The translations under genes and the position numbers were made by a program. The notes beneath the pieces are model-generated. The model searched no databases and was not told the DNA's origin. It saw only the letters and a program-made list of their open reading frames with translations. A stretch of 62,926 nucleotides of DNA, the filler included, from Octopus bimaculoides (Eukaryota), in NCBI RefSeq assembly GCF_001194135.2. It is 5 parts of 4 records of this genome, joined end to end, with 100 filler letters (N's around TTAATTAATTAA, not from the genome) between each part and the next. Parts side by side here need not be neighbours in the genome. Positions count along the whole stretch, not along the records: positions 35,419 to 43,107 come from NC_068990.1; positions 43,208 to 58,230 come from NC_069002.1; 3 more parts are not named here. One strand, given 5' to 3'. This document shows positions 41,000-53,792 of this stretch, piece by piece. How positions within the stretch are numbered: the stretch's first letter is position 1; each line of letters opens with the position of its first letter.

Positions 41000-41880
41000 T
41001 TCGAAGTCTCTCTAGGGCACTGAATCGTGTATGTTGTCACCACACATCGGTTGAAAGAAGTTGTTTTCCGAAGGCGAAACACACCAGCGATTAGCTTAGT
41101 CACGTTCAAATCTGCTCAAAGATGTTAAGAATGAATATACTCCTTATTCTTTTGATTTATGCCGTTATACTTCATCATCATAATTTATTATCAACTTTGC
41201 AGACATCGATACGCATCAGCAAATAATTTGTTTAAATCACATAAACAAGAGCGACCATTCTTGTTTAGATTCAGTGATCTGGTAGGGGTGGAGGTGAAAT
41301 AATAACCTTTGAAGAGATACAAAATCACATCGAAATACCGGTGTTTCAAAGTCCTTCTACGTCTCTGTAACGTGTATGCTGTCAACACATAGTTTGAAGG
41401 ATGAAGTGTTTTTTGTCTGAAGGCGAAATAAGACAGCTATTAGGATATTCACGTTCAAATCCGCTGGAACATATTAAAAATAAATATAATTATCATTGTT
41501 TGTTTTTATCGTTCTTTTTTTGATTTTCTCGTTCTGTTTTTGATTTTCATTCATAATAATTCATTATCAACTTGGCAGACATCAGAACGTATCAATATAT
41601 AATTTATTTGATGATTTTTATATATTCAAGAACGACCATTATTGTCTAGTCTCAATGATTCGGGAGGGGTAGCTTTGACTGAAGGAATTTAATCAAGTCA
41701 AAATGCCTGAGTCTCAAAGTCCGCCAATATCAAGGAAATGCCTGTGTTATCCACACATCGACTGAAGTGAGAAGTTGTTCTCTGAAGGCGAAACACAATA
41801 GCAATTTGCATATTCACGTTCAACTCTGCTAGAACATGCTAAGAGTGAATGTACTCACCATTATCTTCATTTACCCGTTT
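41000..41880 (+). repeat. Old ~350-365-bp tandem repeat, ~2.5 copies
   Basis: AAGGCGAAA at 41071, 41420 and 41785, each followed by (T/G)TCACGTTCAA.TC.GCT. The TTATCAACTT.GCAGACATC block occurs twice. Confidence 0.8.
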
Positions 41881-42617
41881 TTGTGAAAATCTTTTACTCT
41901 TACTGGATCGAATCTACCAAACTTATTTGTGCAGAGGAATTTGATAGCAGCCTGGCTGCATTATAAGTGACTTCTCTCTACCTCTCTATATACACATTAT
42001 GTTCTAACTAACTATATTTAGCTGGCAGTTAAGTAGAATTCCGATGCAATTTCTTTTAGTAAAGTTATACTTTCAATAGAGAAAGAAATTTGAAAATACT
42101 AAGACATTCTGAAATTACAAAACTCTTCTGAAACATAATTTTTATTCAGAATTTATATACATTTTCTCATATTTTTTTCCTGAATTTCTCAGCGTTTCCT
42201 GTTTCTCAGATGTAGATTATAATGCCAATAATGATAACTAAACTGCTTGCCTCAAGTGTTTTCTACTTGGAAAGCAATATTACTTTATCATACACAATTA
42301 CTGAGGAGAAAGAAAACTTAGAAATATTTTTACTTTTCCGATATTTTATTTCTCGAATAAAAGAGAAAACAACAAAAGCTTGTTTATTTTTTCATACCGT
42401 ATTTGCCGGTTTACAAGTCGAATTTTTCAAACCAAAATTCACAGCCAAAAAAGATAGGTCAACTTGTACTTCCAAACAACTTTGCAGGACAAAGACTTCC
42501 TTGTAGAATGCAGCAGGATTTGAAAAATAGTAACAATGTTTGAATATTTACACTATATGTTTACACTATATACTACGCCGACTTGTATGCCAGAAAATAC
42601 AGCACGTCGTCTTGAAA

Positions 42618-42960
42618 TACACTTGGACTCATCGTCAATGATGCTTCTTGAGATCATTAGATGTTTCGGGTCTTTCAACATCAGACATCCTCACCCAGAT
42701 AACCCAGCCAGAATTGATGGAACCGCAGTTTATGTCTAGTTAGCATTACTCCCTCGTAGTAGTGCCCCATTCCATGCTTCATACCTCCTGATCCACAACG
42801 ATATTAAGGCAGCTTCTGCTGCCCCTACAACCTGATGGCTCTCTGCTTATTGGTCCCTTTGATGTCAAGTAGGTTGTAAATTCTGCAAAGGGACCAGCCT
42901 GAAAACTCTCTGCATCCCACTTCAATGGGATTACATACTGCTTTCCACATTGCTCTGGCA
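42618..42960 (-). mobile_element. Hero-like (R2-group RLE) non-LTR retrotransposon 3' end
   Basis: WKAVCNPIEVGCREFSGWSLCRIYNLLDIKGTNKQRAIR / VVGAAEAALISLWIRRYEAW (frameshifted) matches the PIEVGCRGF..RAI..AAE..WLWI.R..W C-terminal motif. A 3' UTR follows. Confidence 0.7.
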
Positions 42961-43207
42961 TTACTTATTCTTTGTAAGCCCAGTACATATTCTACCATTC
43001 TCTTTTTCGAACTGCTAAGTCACAGGGACATAAACATACCAACATCGGTTGTCAAACGATGGTGGGGGGACAAACACAGACATGTACATATGTATATATA
43101 CATATATNNNNNNNNNNNNNNNNNNNNNNNNNNNNNNNNNNNNNNNNNNNNTTAATTAATTAANNNNNNNNNNNNNNNNNNNNNNNNNNNNNNNNNNNNN
43201 NNNNNNN

Positions 43208-43723
43208 AAAGATGGTATAAACACACGCCAGAAAAGGTCACAGAAAACGAGAAAGCAACCATACTCTGGGATATGCCAATACACACAGATAGAGAAATTA
43301 AGGCAAATAGACCAGATATAGTTGTCAAAGATCATGAAGAAAAAAAATGCTTTCTAATTGATGTATCAATACCAGCAGATGACAACGTTTCTCTAAAAGA
43401 AATGGAAAAACTTTCAAAATACAAAGACCTGGAAATAGAGGTAACTCGAATGTGGAATCTAAAAACAGAGACAATTCCTATCATAGTAGGTGCCTTAGGT
43501 ATAATAAAAATAAAATATTCAGACAAATACATAACAAAAACACCAGGACTTACAGATATATATAACATGCAGGAAATTGCACCAGTGGGCACTGCACACA
43601 TCCTACGCAAAACACTCTCAATACAGTAACCATAAGAGCACCACAGTAAACCCCAGCACATACCCAAGGCGCACAGAGCTGCGCTCGGTAGTGAAGTGAA
43701 AGCACGTTATAAAAATAAAACTA

Positions 43724-43728
<5 letters not shown>
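43208..43728 (+). mobile_element. R4/Dong-like RLE retrotransposon 3' end with (TAA)n tail
   Basis: ILWDMPIHTDREIKANRPDIVVKD..CFLIDVSIP..EKLSKYKDL..IPIIVGALG carries the PD-D-K restriction-like endonuclease motif. (TAA)n begins at ~43729. Confidence 0.92.
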
Positions 43729-43797
<69 letters not shown>

Positions 43798-44633
43798 TAA
43801 TCATTTCTACTGTAGGTACAAGGCCTGGATATTTGTGGAGAGGGGGAAAATTGATCACATCGACTGGCAAAATTTCAGGCCTTCTGCTTTTAGTAGAAAA
43901 GAAAAGAAAGAATTCTGGCAGCTCGCCGCCTTGTTATCGATTACGATAAATGTTATTTATTTTCCACTACTTTTAGCAACTCCATTCCCTTTTCTCTATG
44001 CATCCAATAAATCTGATTTCTCATCATCATCGTCATCATCATCTTCCTCATCGTTGGCGTCATCATTATCATAATCATGGTCGTCATCTTCATCGTCACC
44101 ATTGTCATCTTCAAAAATATCATCTTCTTCAACAATAACTACAACACCAGCATCTTCATGATTTCGGCCTTAAACAGTCTCATAATGATCATAATATTAT
44201 TTTTTTTAAATGTTTCCGACGATGAAATTCTCGTCTGGCAACGCAGCCGATATATTTGATGCTTTGAGACACAAGTAAATATAAGTAAACAGTATTATGT
44301 TTTGGAGTTTCTCATATTTTACTCAGTATGGCATCAAAATCAATTGAGTGTCTGCTAACCGCAATTAAACAAACAATAGATTACTCAACGTAGATCGTTT
44401 GTATTATGTCGTATTTTTTATCAGGGAAAATACTTTTGAAGACAAAATAAATAAATAAAAAAGCAGCATGTGATATTTGAGTCTAAATTCAGAACTTATT
44501 CACGAAAAATACTATTCCATTGCTGTCAGCCATTCACTTGAAACGGTACAAGGTTATACCTATGTATTTGCGTGTAACTGTCTAAAATGTTGCTGTCACA
44601 GATATTTGCATGTATCAGTGCCGTACAGTAGTA

Positions 44634-44670
<37 letters not shown>

Positions 44671-44671
44671 C

Positions 44672-44703
<32 letters not shown>

Positions 44704-45305
44704 CAGCAGTAGCAGCAGCAGCAGCGGTGGTGGTGGTGCTAGTGCTGGTGTTTCCCTTCTGTAGACAATGATATTTGATGCGAAAGAAATGTGATTGGTA
44801 AGTATTGTAGATATTGAGAACACACTGAGTCTGCCGATTGGCTCTAATTAAGGTCGCAATAGGAATTCGTAGAATGACCTTCAGAGGTTCAGTGTTGGAA
44901 TGAATAAATGAACCCGTGATTTGGAGGTGGAGTTTGCTCAGTGACAATGATAAGTATTTTGGTGTAAAACATTCTTTGGTTTCAATTAACGATTCAATGT
45001 AACCAACTTTTTAATATTCTATTTATCTTAGAGAATTCATTCGTCTACATGAGGATTGAAGACACTATTTGCCATGCAGCTACAATATTAAAAAAAAAAA
45101 ATGAGTTGTTTTTGCCAAAGCGTGCTAGTAATAGCCTTGAATATGAAAGTTACTTGCTTAAATAACTAGTCTGATTTCTATGAGTGTGTTGAGTCAGCCG
45201 ACACTTTATAATGATAACGCCCTTGCAGTGTTTTGCGGTTACACACCGAAGATGACCTCCAAACTGGGAAAATATTTTAAAATAAATTCCTTTAGACACC
45301 CCATC

Positions 45306-45358
<53 letters not shown>

Positions 45359-47129
45359 CTCTTTTTCTTTCCCTTTCTCTTTATACATGCAGCAACAGTA
45401 CTTTAGAATAGTAATTGTAGTTTTAATCGGCAATTTTATTCATGTTACCAAATTTTGGCTCGGTTAATTAATGAAATTATATGCTAGTTAATTTTGATCT
45501 CTCAGTGCATACAAACACAAATACTCTTGCTTCTGTATGTTGTATCAGAGATATGACATTTACGCGGCTATGCGTATTCATGTACTTAGGGATGTCCGAC
45601 ATACTTTCTGTCGGGGTATAGAATTTATATCGCATAGTAGTAAATACATATTTCATTTCGGCATTAAAGCATAATCAATCGACCGAGCAATAGATCTTCC
45701 TTAGCTCAGGATGCAGAACCAGCATTTCTACATTTTCCATTTATAAGGCGCACCACATCGATGGCCAAAAGATCTGTGCTAGATATATAGATGTATACAC
45801 ATCCATACATAGAGACACATACTCATTCATATGTATTGGAAGATACCTTAAACAGTTCCCTTGAAATGTTGTAAAACGGTGCAGGCATGGTTCCGTAGTA
45901 AGAAGCTTGCTTCCAAATCACCACATAGTTGTGGATTCAGTTGTGGCACGTTGGGCTGATGTCTTCTATTGTAACGTCTGGCCGACCAACGCCTTCTCAT
46001 TGGATTTGCTAGATGGAAACTGAAAGAAGCCCGTTATATATATATNNNNNNNNNNNNNNNNNNNNNNNNNNNNNNNNNNNNNNNNNNNNNNNNNNNNNNN
46101 NNNNNNNNNNNNNNNNNNNNNNNNNNNNNNNNNNNNNNNNNNNNNNNNNNNNNNNNNNNNNNNNNNNNNNNNNNNNNNNNNNNNNNNNNNNNNNNNNNNN
46201 NNNNNNNNNNNNNNNNNNNNNNNNNNNNNNNNNNNNNNNNNNNNNNNNNNNNNNNNNNNNNNNNNNNNNNNNNNNNNNNNNNNNNNNNNNNNNNNNNNNN
46301 NNNNNNNNNNNNNNNNNNNNNNNNNNNNNNNNNNNNNNNNNNNNNNNNNNNNNNNNNNNNNNNNNNNNNNNNNNNNNNNNNNNNNNNNNNNNNNNNNNNN
46401 NNNNNNNNNNNNNNNNNNNNNNNNNNNNNNNNNNNNNNNNNNNNNNNNNNNNNNNNNNNNNNNNNNNNNNNNNNNNNNNNNNNNNNNNNNNNNNNNNNNN
46501 NNNNNNNNNNNNNNNNNNNNNNNNNNNNNNNNNNNNNNNNNNNNNNNNNNNNNNNNNNNNNNNNNNNNNNNNNNNNNNNNNNNNNNNNNNNNNNNNNNNN
46601 NNNNNNNNNNNNNNNNNNNNNNNNNNNNNNNNNNNNNNNNNNNNNNNNNNNNNNNNNNNNNNNNNNNNNNNNNNNNNNNNNNNNNNNNNNNNNNNNNNNN
46701 NNNNNNNNNNNNNNNNNNNNNNNNNNNNNNNNNNNNNNNNNNNNNNNNNNNNNNNNNNNNNNNNNNNNNNNNNNNNNNNNNNNNNNNNNNNNNNNNNNNN
46801 NNNNNNNNNNNNNNNNNNNNNNNNNNNNNNNNNNNNNNNNNNNNNNNNNNNNNNNNNNNNNNNNNNNNNNNNNNNNNNNNNNNNNCAAGTAGTACACATT
46901 AATATTATGCCAGATACTTATACTATATTCATATAAGCGTATAAATATTTGTGTATATGTATATATATGCATATATGCACATATATATATATGTATGTAT
47001 GTATGTGTGTGTGTGTGTATGTATATTCTTTATCTGTGAATTAAGGCTACCATTCGTTTTATTTGAAGAGAAGCTGGAATATATCTTAGAAGTGTCTTAA
47101 CAATTTTTCAAGTCGATCACATGGAGAAT

Positions 47130-48800
47130 GGAATTCGCCACCATTTTGAAAACACAGTCTCCTGTTTTCTAGAATGGAGGCGAGTAACTTTCTCCGTGTG
47201 ATGAGCTTGAAAAATAGATATACAGACGTAAATAAAGTAAGTAATGTACATAGAGTCACCATTAAGACTAAAAGGTTAATTGACGCTGAAATTAGCCAAA
47301 TTAGGACACAAATATCTCATGGTAGACTAAATGAAGACAGCAACAATGCAGATGAAATAGTTAACAAATACACAGTGTACGAGCAGTACATCTCAACGGG
47401 GAAGCCGAAGAAAGAATAGCGAAGAACAGATATGGGAGAAAAAGAGGTGAAAGTAGACCTACCTGAAGAACACCAGAATAGATATGACACAGAGTTTGAG
47501 GTGAATGATAAAGAGATCATAAAAGCAAAAAAGATATCATTAGAGAATTCGGCAAGACTGAATTTATTGAATGATCAATAAGGAACCGCTACAAAAGCTC
47601 TCAAACAGCATAAAATATAACAACATAATCATGATATATGATGTTGCTCTTATATAGATCTTAAGTAATAAGGGAAATTACCTAACAAACTTCAATAACC
47701 TCGTGTATTTCACTGCTAAATTTGTAACTGCTCAGCTAGGTATCAGAACGACACAGACCTCTTAAGTGGAAAATATCGATAGAAAAAGAGATCGAATTTT
47801 TGCGGGCGGATGTATTAGTTCTCGATGAACTTGCTAGAGGAGTAAATGTTAAGATGAAACGAGGAAGAAAAATCAAGCAAAATTATAAAATCAAAGATTT
47901 TGTAAACCTCCCTGCAACCAGAGGACAATTGAAACAACGAATACAACTGAAAGCCCAACGGCTCAGAAGGTATGACAAAAGAATGCAATTTTATCGACAA
48001 AACAAGATATTGAAGACGGATGCAGAGAGATTTTATAGGGAAATTGGCAAAAGTAAGATAGAAGTAAAGGAGCCACCTAAGTCTGAGGAAATGGAAGAGT
48101 TCTGGAAGAAGATATAAAGCAGCAAAATAGAATATAACACTGAAACTCACTGGATACAACATGAGAAAGTGAGACTTAATGAAGCTGAAGAGCAGAAATG
48201 GGTGGCAATAGGAGTAGAAGTGCTAAGATGTGTTGTTATGAGGTTTCACAAATGGGAAACCCAAGGACTGGAGCGAATTTCTGACTTCTGGCTAAACTGT
48301 CTGAAAAAAGTACACTAAAATTTCGCTGAATCTCTGATTGGTGTCATCCAGAACCCAGAGCAAATACCTGCCTGACTGACCGAAGGAAAAACATACCTTC
48401 TACCAAAGCTGAAAACACAACAAATTGAAAGAACTACGGGCCAATAACAAGTCTCGACACCACCTACAACATCTTCACATCCATACTAAATGACAGAATA
48501 TACGCTTTCCTTGAACAGTGATCTATCCTTCCACAAACTCAAAAAGGCTGTAAAAGGAATTCTTATCGTTGCAAAGATCAATTATTCATAAGTAAAATGA
48601 TTGTAGAGAAATGCTGGGGCAAAAGGAAGAACCTGAGTATGACAGGGAAACGATGGATAGTGTTCTACATAATTGGATACTCAAGGCCCTTGAGATCTAT
48701 AATATATCTCCTGTTACCTCTAAATTCTTACAAAGTAGGCTGGCCAAGAGGAATACACGTCTCGTTCTAGGCCATAGTAATGTGATGATCCAAACTAATA
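47130..48800 (+). mobile_element. R4/Dong-like retrotransposon RT region, heavily degraded
   Basis: LKQRIQLKAQRLRRYDKR..FYREI..EEMEEFWKKI, then QKGCKRNSYRCKDQL..KMI and DSVLHNWILKALEIY. Many stops and frameshifts. Confidence 0.85.
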
Positions 48801-50207
48801 ACATCAACATTAAACGAGGCTCAATCAACAACATAGAAATTAAAATCTTATCTACACATAGCAGTGATGCAGCACTTAGACACATTACTGAAGCTACACA
48901 CATAATAGAAGAGAAACCTAGCCTGAATAGGAAACTAGAATGGAACACTAACACACACCACTAACAAACCACAAACCACAGCATGTGAAATCATGTTACC
49001 CATAAACCAATAATAATATGAACAAAGTATAACACAATACATAGATAAACAAATGGAATTAAATACTACATACGTTAACAAAATTTAATTAAACACAAAA
49101 AAAACACACATGAACAAATAAATAAATAAAAACAAATACAAACGAACACGTATTAACAGAGAATATAGGCGATACNNNNNNNNNNNNNNNNNNNNNNNNN
49201 NNNNNNNNNNNNNNNNNNNNNNNNNNNNNNNNNNNNNNNNNNNNNNNNNNNNNNNNNNNNNNNNNNNNNNNNNNNNNNNNNNNNNNNNNNNNNNNNNNNN
49301 NNNNNNNNNNNNNNNNNNNNNNNNNNNNNNNNNNNNNNNNNNNNNNNNNNNNNNNNNNNNNNNNNNNNNNNNNNNNNAAAAGACACAGACACATTGAAGG
49401 ACACGCATGCGCAGACACATACAATAGGAATACAAAATACAAAATGGCTGATAGTTAGCAAGGTGAGACACACATAACAAAGAAGGAAACAAAGGACCAC
49501 TGATGAGGTCACAGAAGTGTGACGAAAGAACTCTGGCCGAAATAAGATTAAGATTAATGTAATATAAAGCTGAAGCAAATTAACACCAAATATACAGTGC
49601 GTGTGTTTTTATTGGCTAAACTGGCAATATGACCATCCCCAAGTACAACAACATATATATATATATATATAAATACATACAGTGTACATTTAGACACATA
49701 AGAGAGATGTCCATAATAGGACATCTAACCCGCTAGAAGGAGCAGTCAAACTACAAACCACAATTGGGGCTAATTTCGAAAGGGAATGAAAAATAAAGAC
49801 ATTTACCATCTATTTCCTGAAAACAAAGGTTTCAAGCTATTTTCATCAAAATAGAATAATTTGCTATGCCACCTATCATCAGCAGGAAAGCCAAGATTAA
49901 CACATAAATACGAGGCAATACATAGAAACATACCTCGTGCTTATATGTTATAAATTTCCATATATACCACGCACGAGCGTTTTTTCTTAGTAGCAAATAT
50001 TAAAAAATGCCGATTTTCTTCCAGAAATTAGCCCCCCAAAATCATTATATCATTATTAATAAATCTCAGGGTAGCAAAAATCTAGAAATTCTATTTTCTA
50101 GCAGTGGTTTAGCGAGAAGAAAAAATCTAGTCAATAGACTATACACTGTTCCTATAAATACATACAGTGTACATTTAAACACTTAAGAGAGATGTCCATA
50201 ATGGGAC

Positions 50208-50250
<43 letters not shown>

Positions 50251-50970
50251 TACATACATATATANNNNNNNNNNNNNNNNNNNNNNNNNNNNNNNNNNNN
50301 NNNNNNNNNNNNNNNNNNNNNNNNNNNNNNNNNNNNNNNNNNNNNNNNNNNNNNNNNNNNNNNNNNNNNNNNNNNNNNNNNNNNNNNNNNNNNNNNNNNN
50401 NNNNNNNNNNNNNNNNNNNNNNNNNNNNNNNNNNNNNNNNNNNNNNNNNNNNNNNNNNNNNNNNNNNNNNNNNNNNNNNNNNNNNNNNNNNNNNNNNNNN
50501 NNNNNNNNNNNNNNNNNNNNNNNNNNNNNNNNNNNNNNNNNNNNNNNNNNNNNNNNNNNNNNNNNNNNNNNNNNNNNNNNNNNNNNNNNNNNNNNNNNNN
50601 NNNNNNNNNNNNNNNNNNNNNNNNNNNNNNNNNNNNNNNNNNNNNNNNNNNNNNNNNNNNNNNNNNNNNNNNNNNNNNNNNNNNNNNNNNNNNNNNNNNN
50701 NNNNNNNNNNNNNNNNNNNNNNNNNNNNNNNNNNNNNNNNNNNNNNNNNNNNNNNNNNNNNNNNNNNNNNNNNNNNNNNNNNNNNNNNNNNNNNNNNNNN
50801 NNNNNNNNNNNNNNNNNNNNNNNNNNNNNNNNNNNNNNNNNNNNNNNNNNNNNNNNNNNNNNNNNNNNNNNNNNNNNNNNNNNNNNNNNNNNNNNNNNNN
50901 NNNNNNNNNNNNNNNNNNNNNNNNNNNNNNNNNNNNNNNNNNNNNNNNNNNNNNNNNNNNTATATATATA

Positions 50971-51009
<39 letters not shown>

Positions 51010-51439
51010 ATTTATACAAACATGCTTGTATATAAATATATATATATAGTGAGAATTTACAAAAAAGCAAAAAACAAAGACGGGTATGTAAACACCAAAC
51101 AGATGTATTAGTTTAACGCTCGGGAAGTGAGAAAGTCTTTTTACGTTTCTAGTCAACTCTCTTCCACAGAAAGGAACACAGAAATGAAGAGGGAAAGAAG
51201 ATGTAAAAGAGTTTAGTGGCTAGCGATCTATCATGGCGAATGCCGGACAGATGATAGATAGGAAGAAGGGGAGTTAATAAAGTACTGGTGATACCAAAGC
51301 AAAAGTGCACGTGCGTGTGTATTTCAGAGCGTGTATTTGCGTGTGGTGTGGCATGGTGGTGTGTGGAGTAGTCGTGTGGTGTGGTGTGTGGTGTGGTGGC
51401 GTTGAGGTATGGGGAAGGTGGGAGTGGGGAAGCACGGAT

Positions 51440-53340
51440 GGGTGGGGGCGGGATGGGATGTATAGGGATGGTGGGGTCAGACTCCTGCTGCAGATGTGCA
51501 ACATCGCTGGGGTTCTGTATTTCCTGCGAGACTTTCGTATAGTCTGCGTAGCTAGCAAAGGTGGCTACCAGGGCAGTTGAGGGCATATATGAGAGGGCCA
51601 CTATAAAAAGAAGTGGTCTCAAGACAGTGCCCTGTGGAACATCGCTCACTATTTGTTTTCATCGACGTGGCTTCATTGGCCACTACTGCCTGACTTGTAT
51701 CCCTCAGAAAGTCAGGTATCCACTCTCCAAGTTTTCCAGCTATGCCGAGATCACACAGTTTGTGACATATCATCCCATGATCCACTTTGTCAAAAGCTTT
51801 TGCAAAATCAAGGTGTATTACATCCACATTTGAGTTGTTGAGTAACTGCCTCAACATCCAGTCATAATGTTGTAAGAGCTGGGTCAGGCAACTCCTACCT
51901 GGCCGAAAGCCATCCTCGGTATCATTCAGCAAGTTATTTTCTTCAAGAAATACGATTAGTTTCCCTCTGACTTTCCGTTCCATGACTTTGGTGATGTGTG
52001 AAGTCAGAGAGATAGTTTTTGGCATCTGCGCTGCTTCCCCCTTTATGGATTAGCCATATTATTCTCTCCTTCAGCTTGCTTGGCAGTCTGTCATTTTCAA
52101 GAAAGCTCTAGAAGAGAGTCTGGAGGGGTTTTGCCAGAGCATGCTTACATGATTTAAGGAGGATGACTGGGAAACCATCAAAACCAGCAGTTGAGTTTGC
52201 GTGCACCTCATTTATGGCTTGGAGTATATCTTCTTCGCTAATGTTGATGTATTCCATCTTAACTGCCTCACTGGTTATAGGTGAGGCGGCAAAGAAGTCT
52301 ACTGGTTCGTTCGAACACAAATAAGTGTTTGTGTTCCAACGGGGTGGTAAAGACACTTTTGAACTAGTCATTCAGTACCTCACTTATCCTTCTTGCACTG
52401 TCTGTGAGGAAACCATCCTTTTGGAAGAGGGGTCCTATCATGTAGCGTACTGAGGCTGTTTATTTTGCGTAATGAAAGAAGGCCTTTGGTTTTTACTTAA
52501 TATCTTTTTTATAACCCAGGCTTCTTCGTCTGCTCTTTACCTCACATAGAATTGTTGCAGGCTGCTTTCAATCTCCATCAGTGTTGTTTTTATACGGGAC
52601 CTTTCGCTACTTTTAAGATGTTGGTTGAGGCGATTTCCAACCTTCGCCCGTCGTCTCATTAGGATCTTCTTCTCCCGTGGAATCTTGTTCCCATTTCTTT
52701 TGGCCTTGTGTTCTAGGACATATTTCTGGCATATGGCTTGCACAACAGACATGAAATATTCTAGTTTCATGCCAATGTCTGGTGTGGAGAGACATTTCAG
52801 CCAGTCCTGTCTGAGGATCTCTTTTTGGATCGATTTCAAGTCTGCTTTGTGGAAGTTCAGATAGGAGAGATTTCGGGTGCTTTCTTTAGGCTGTATGTCT
52901 CTGGCTACTTTCGTCCCAAACATAGACAGCTCTATTATGTTGTGATCCGAGACTAATGTCGGTGTCACTTTCACATCATGTTCGTGAAGCAGAGATCCAA
53001 AATGTTATTCGCTCCATGAATAGGGCATTGGTGAGGCTGACCAGAGACTCCAGCTGTGCTTGTTTGCAATGAGTCATTCCTGAGAGCATGAGGCCTGCGG
53101 GCCATTTGGCTTTGGGGAAGTTGAAATCAGCCATACGTGATGTTCCAGTAGCATGAGAAGTTCTTTAATTCTTGTGAGGCAATCTTCAAACTTGCCTATG
53201 TGGTTTGGAGCATCCGGTGGGCAATATGTATTGCATATGAATATATTGTATTGCCTTGTGTATGCAAGAGTGTCACATACTGAATTTTAGTATGTATACA
53301 GCAACTCCATCATGGCTCATTTCCCTTCTGTCTGTTCGCA
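51440..53340 (-). mobile_element. CR1-type LINE ORF2 (APE plus RT) fragment, degraded
   Basis: RT motifs RPGRSCLTQLL..DVIHLDFAKAFDKVDHG..VPQGTVLRPLLF..SYADYTK. Upstream APE-like ICNTYCPPDAP and TLVSDHNII. Same family as 5600-6300. Confidence 0.92.
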
Positions 53341-53428
53341 GTATGGTATATTTTGGTACGTGTACTTCTGCATCGTCTCTTTCTCAATAATAATAATAAT
53401 AATTATTATTATTATTATTATTTTAATA

Positions 53429-53459
<31 letters not shown>

Positions 53460-53792
53460 CGTATNNNNNNNNNNNNNNNNNNNNNNNNNNNNNNNNNNNN
53501 NNNNNNNNNNNNNNNNNNNNNNNNNNNNNNNNNNNNNNNNNNNNNNNNNNNNNNNNNNNNNNNNNNNNNNNNNNNNNNNNNNNNNNNNNNNNNNNNNNNN
53601 NNNNNNNNNNNNNNNNNNNNNNNNNNNNNNNNNNNNNNNNNNNNNNNNNNNNNNNNNNNNNNNNNNNNNNNNNNNNNNNNNNNNNNNNNNNNNNNNNNNN
53701 NNNNNNNNNNNNNNNNNNNNNNNNNNNNNNNATATATATACTCTTTTATTCTTTTACTCGTTTCAGTCGTTGGACTGTGGCCATGCTGGAGC

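Noticed and set aside
42660-42700. CTGATG...GAAAC in the Hero-like 3' UTR considered as a hammerhead
   Set aside because: The core is CUGAUGU, and stem III and the UH triplet do not form.
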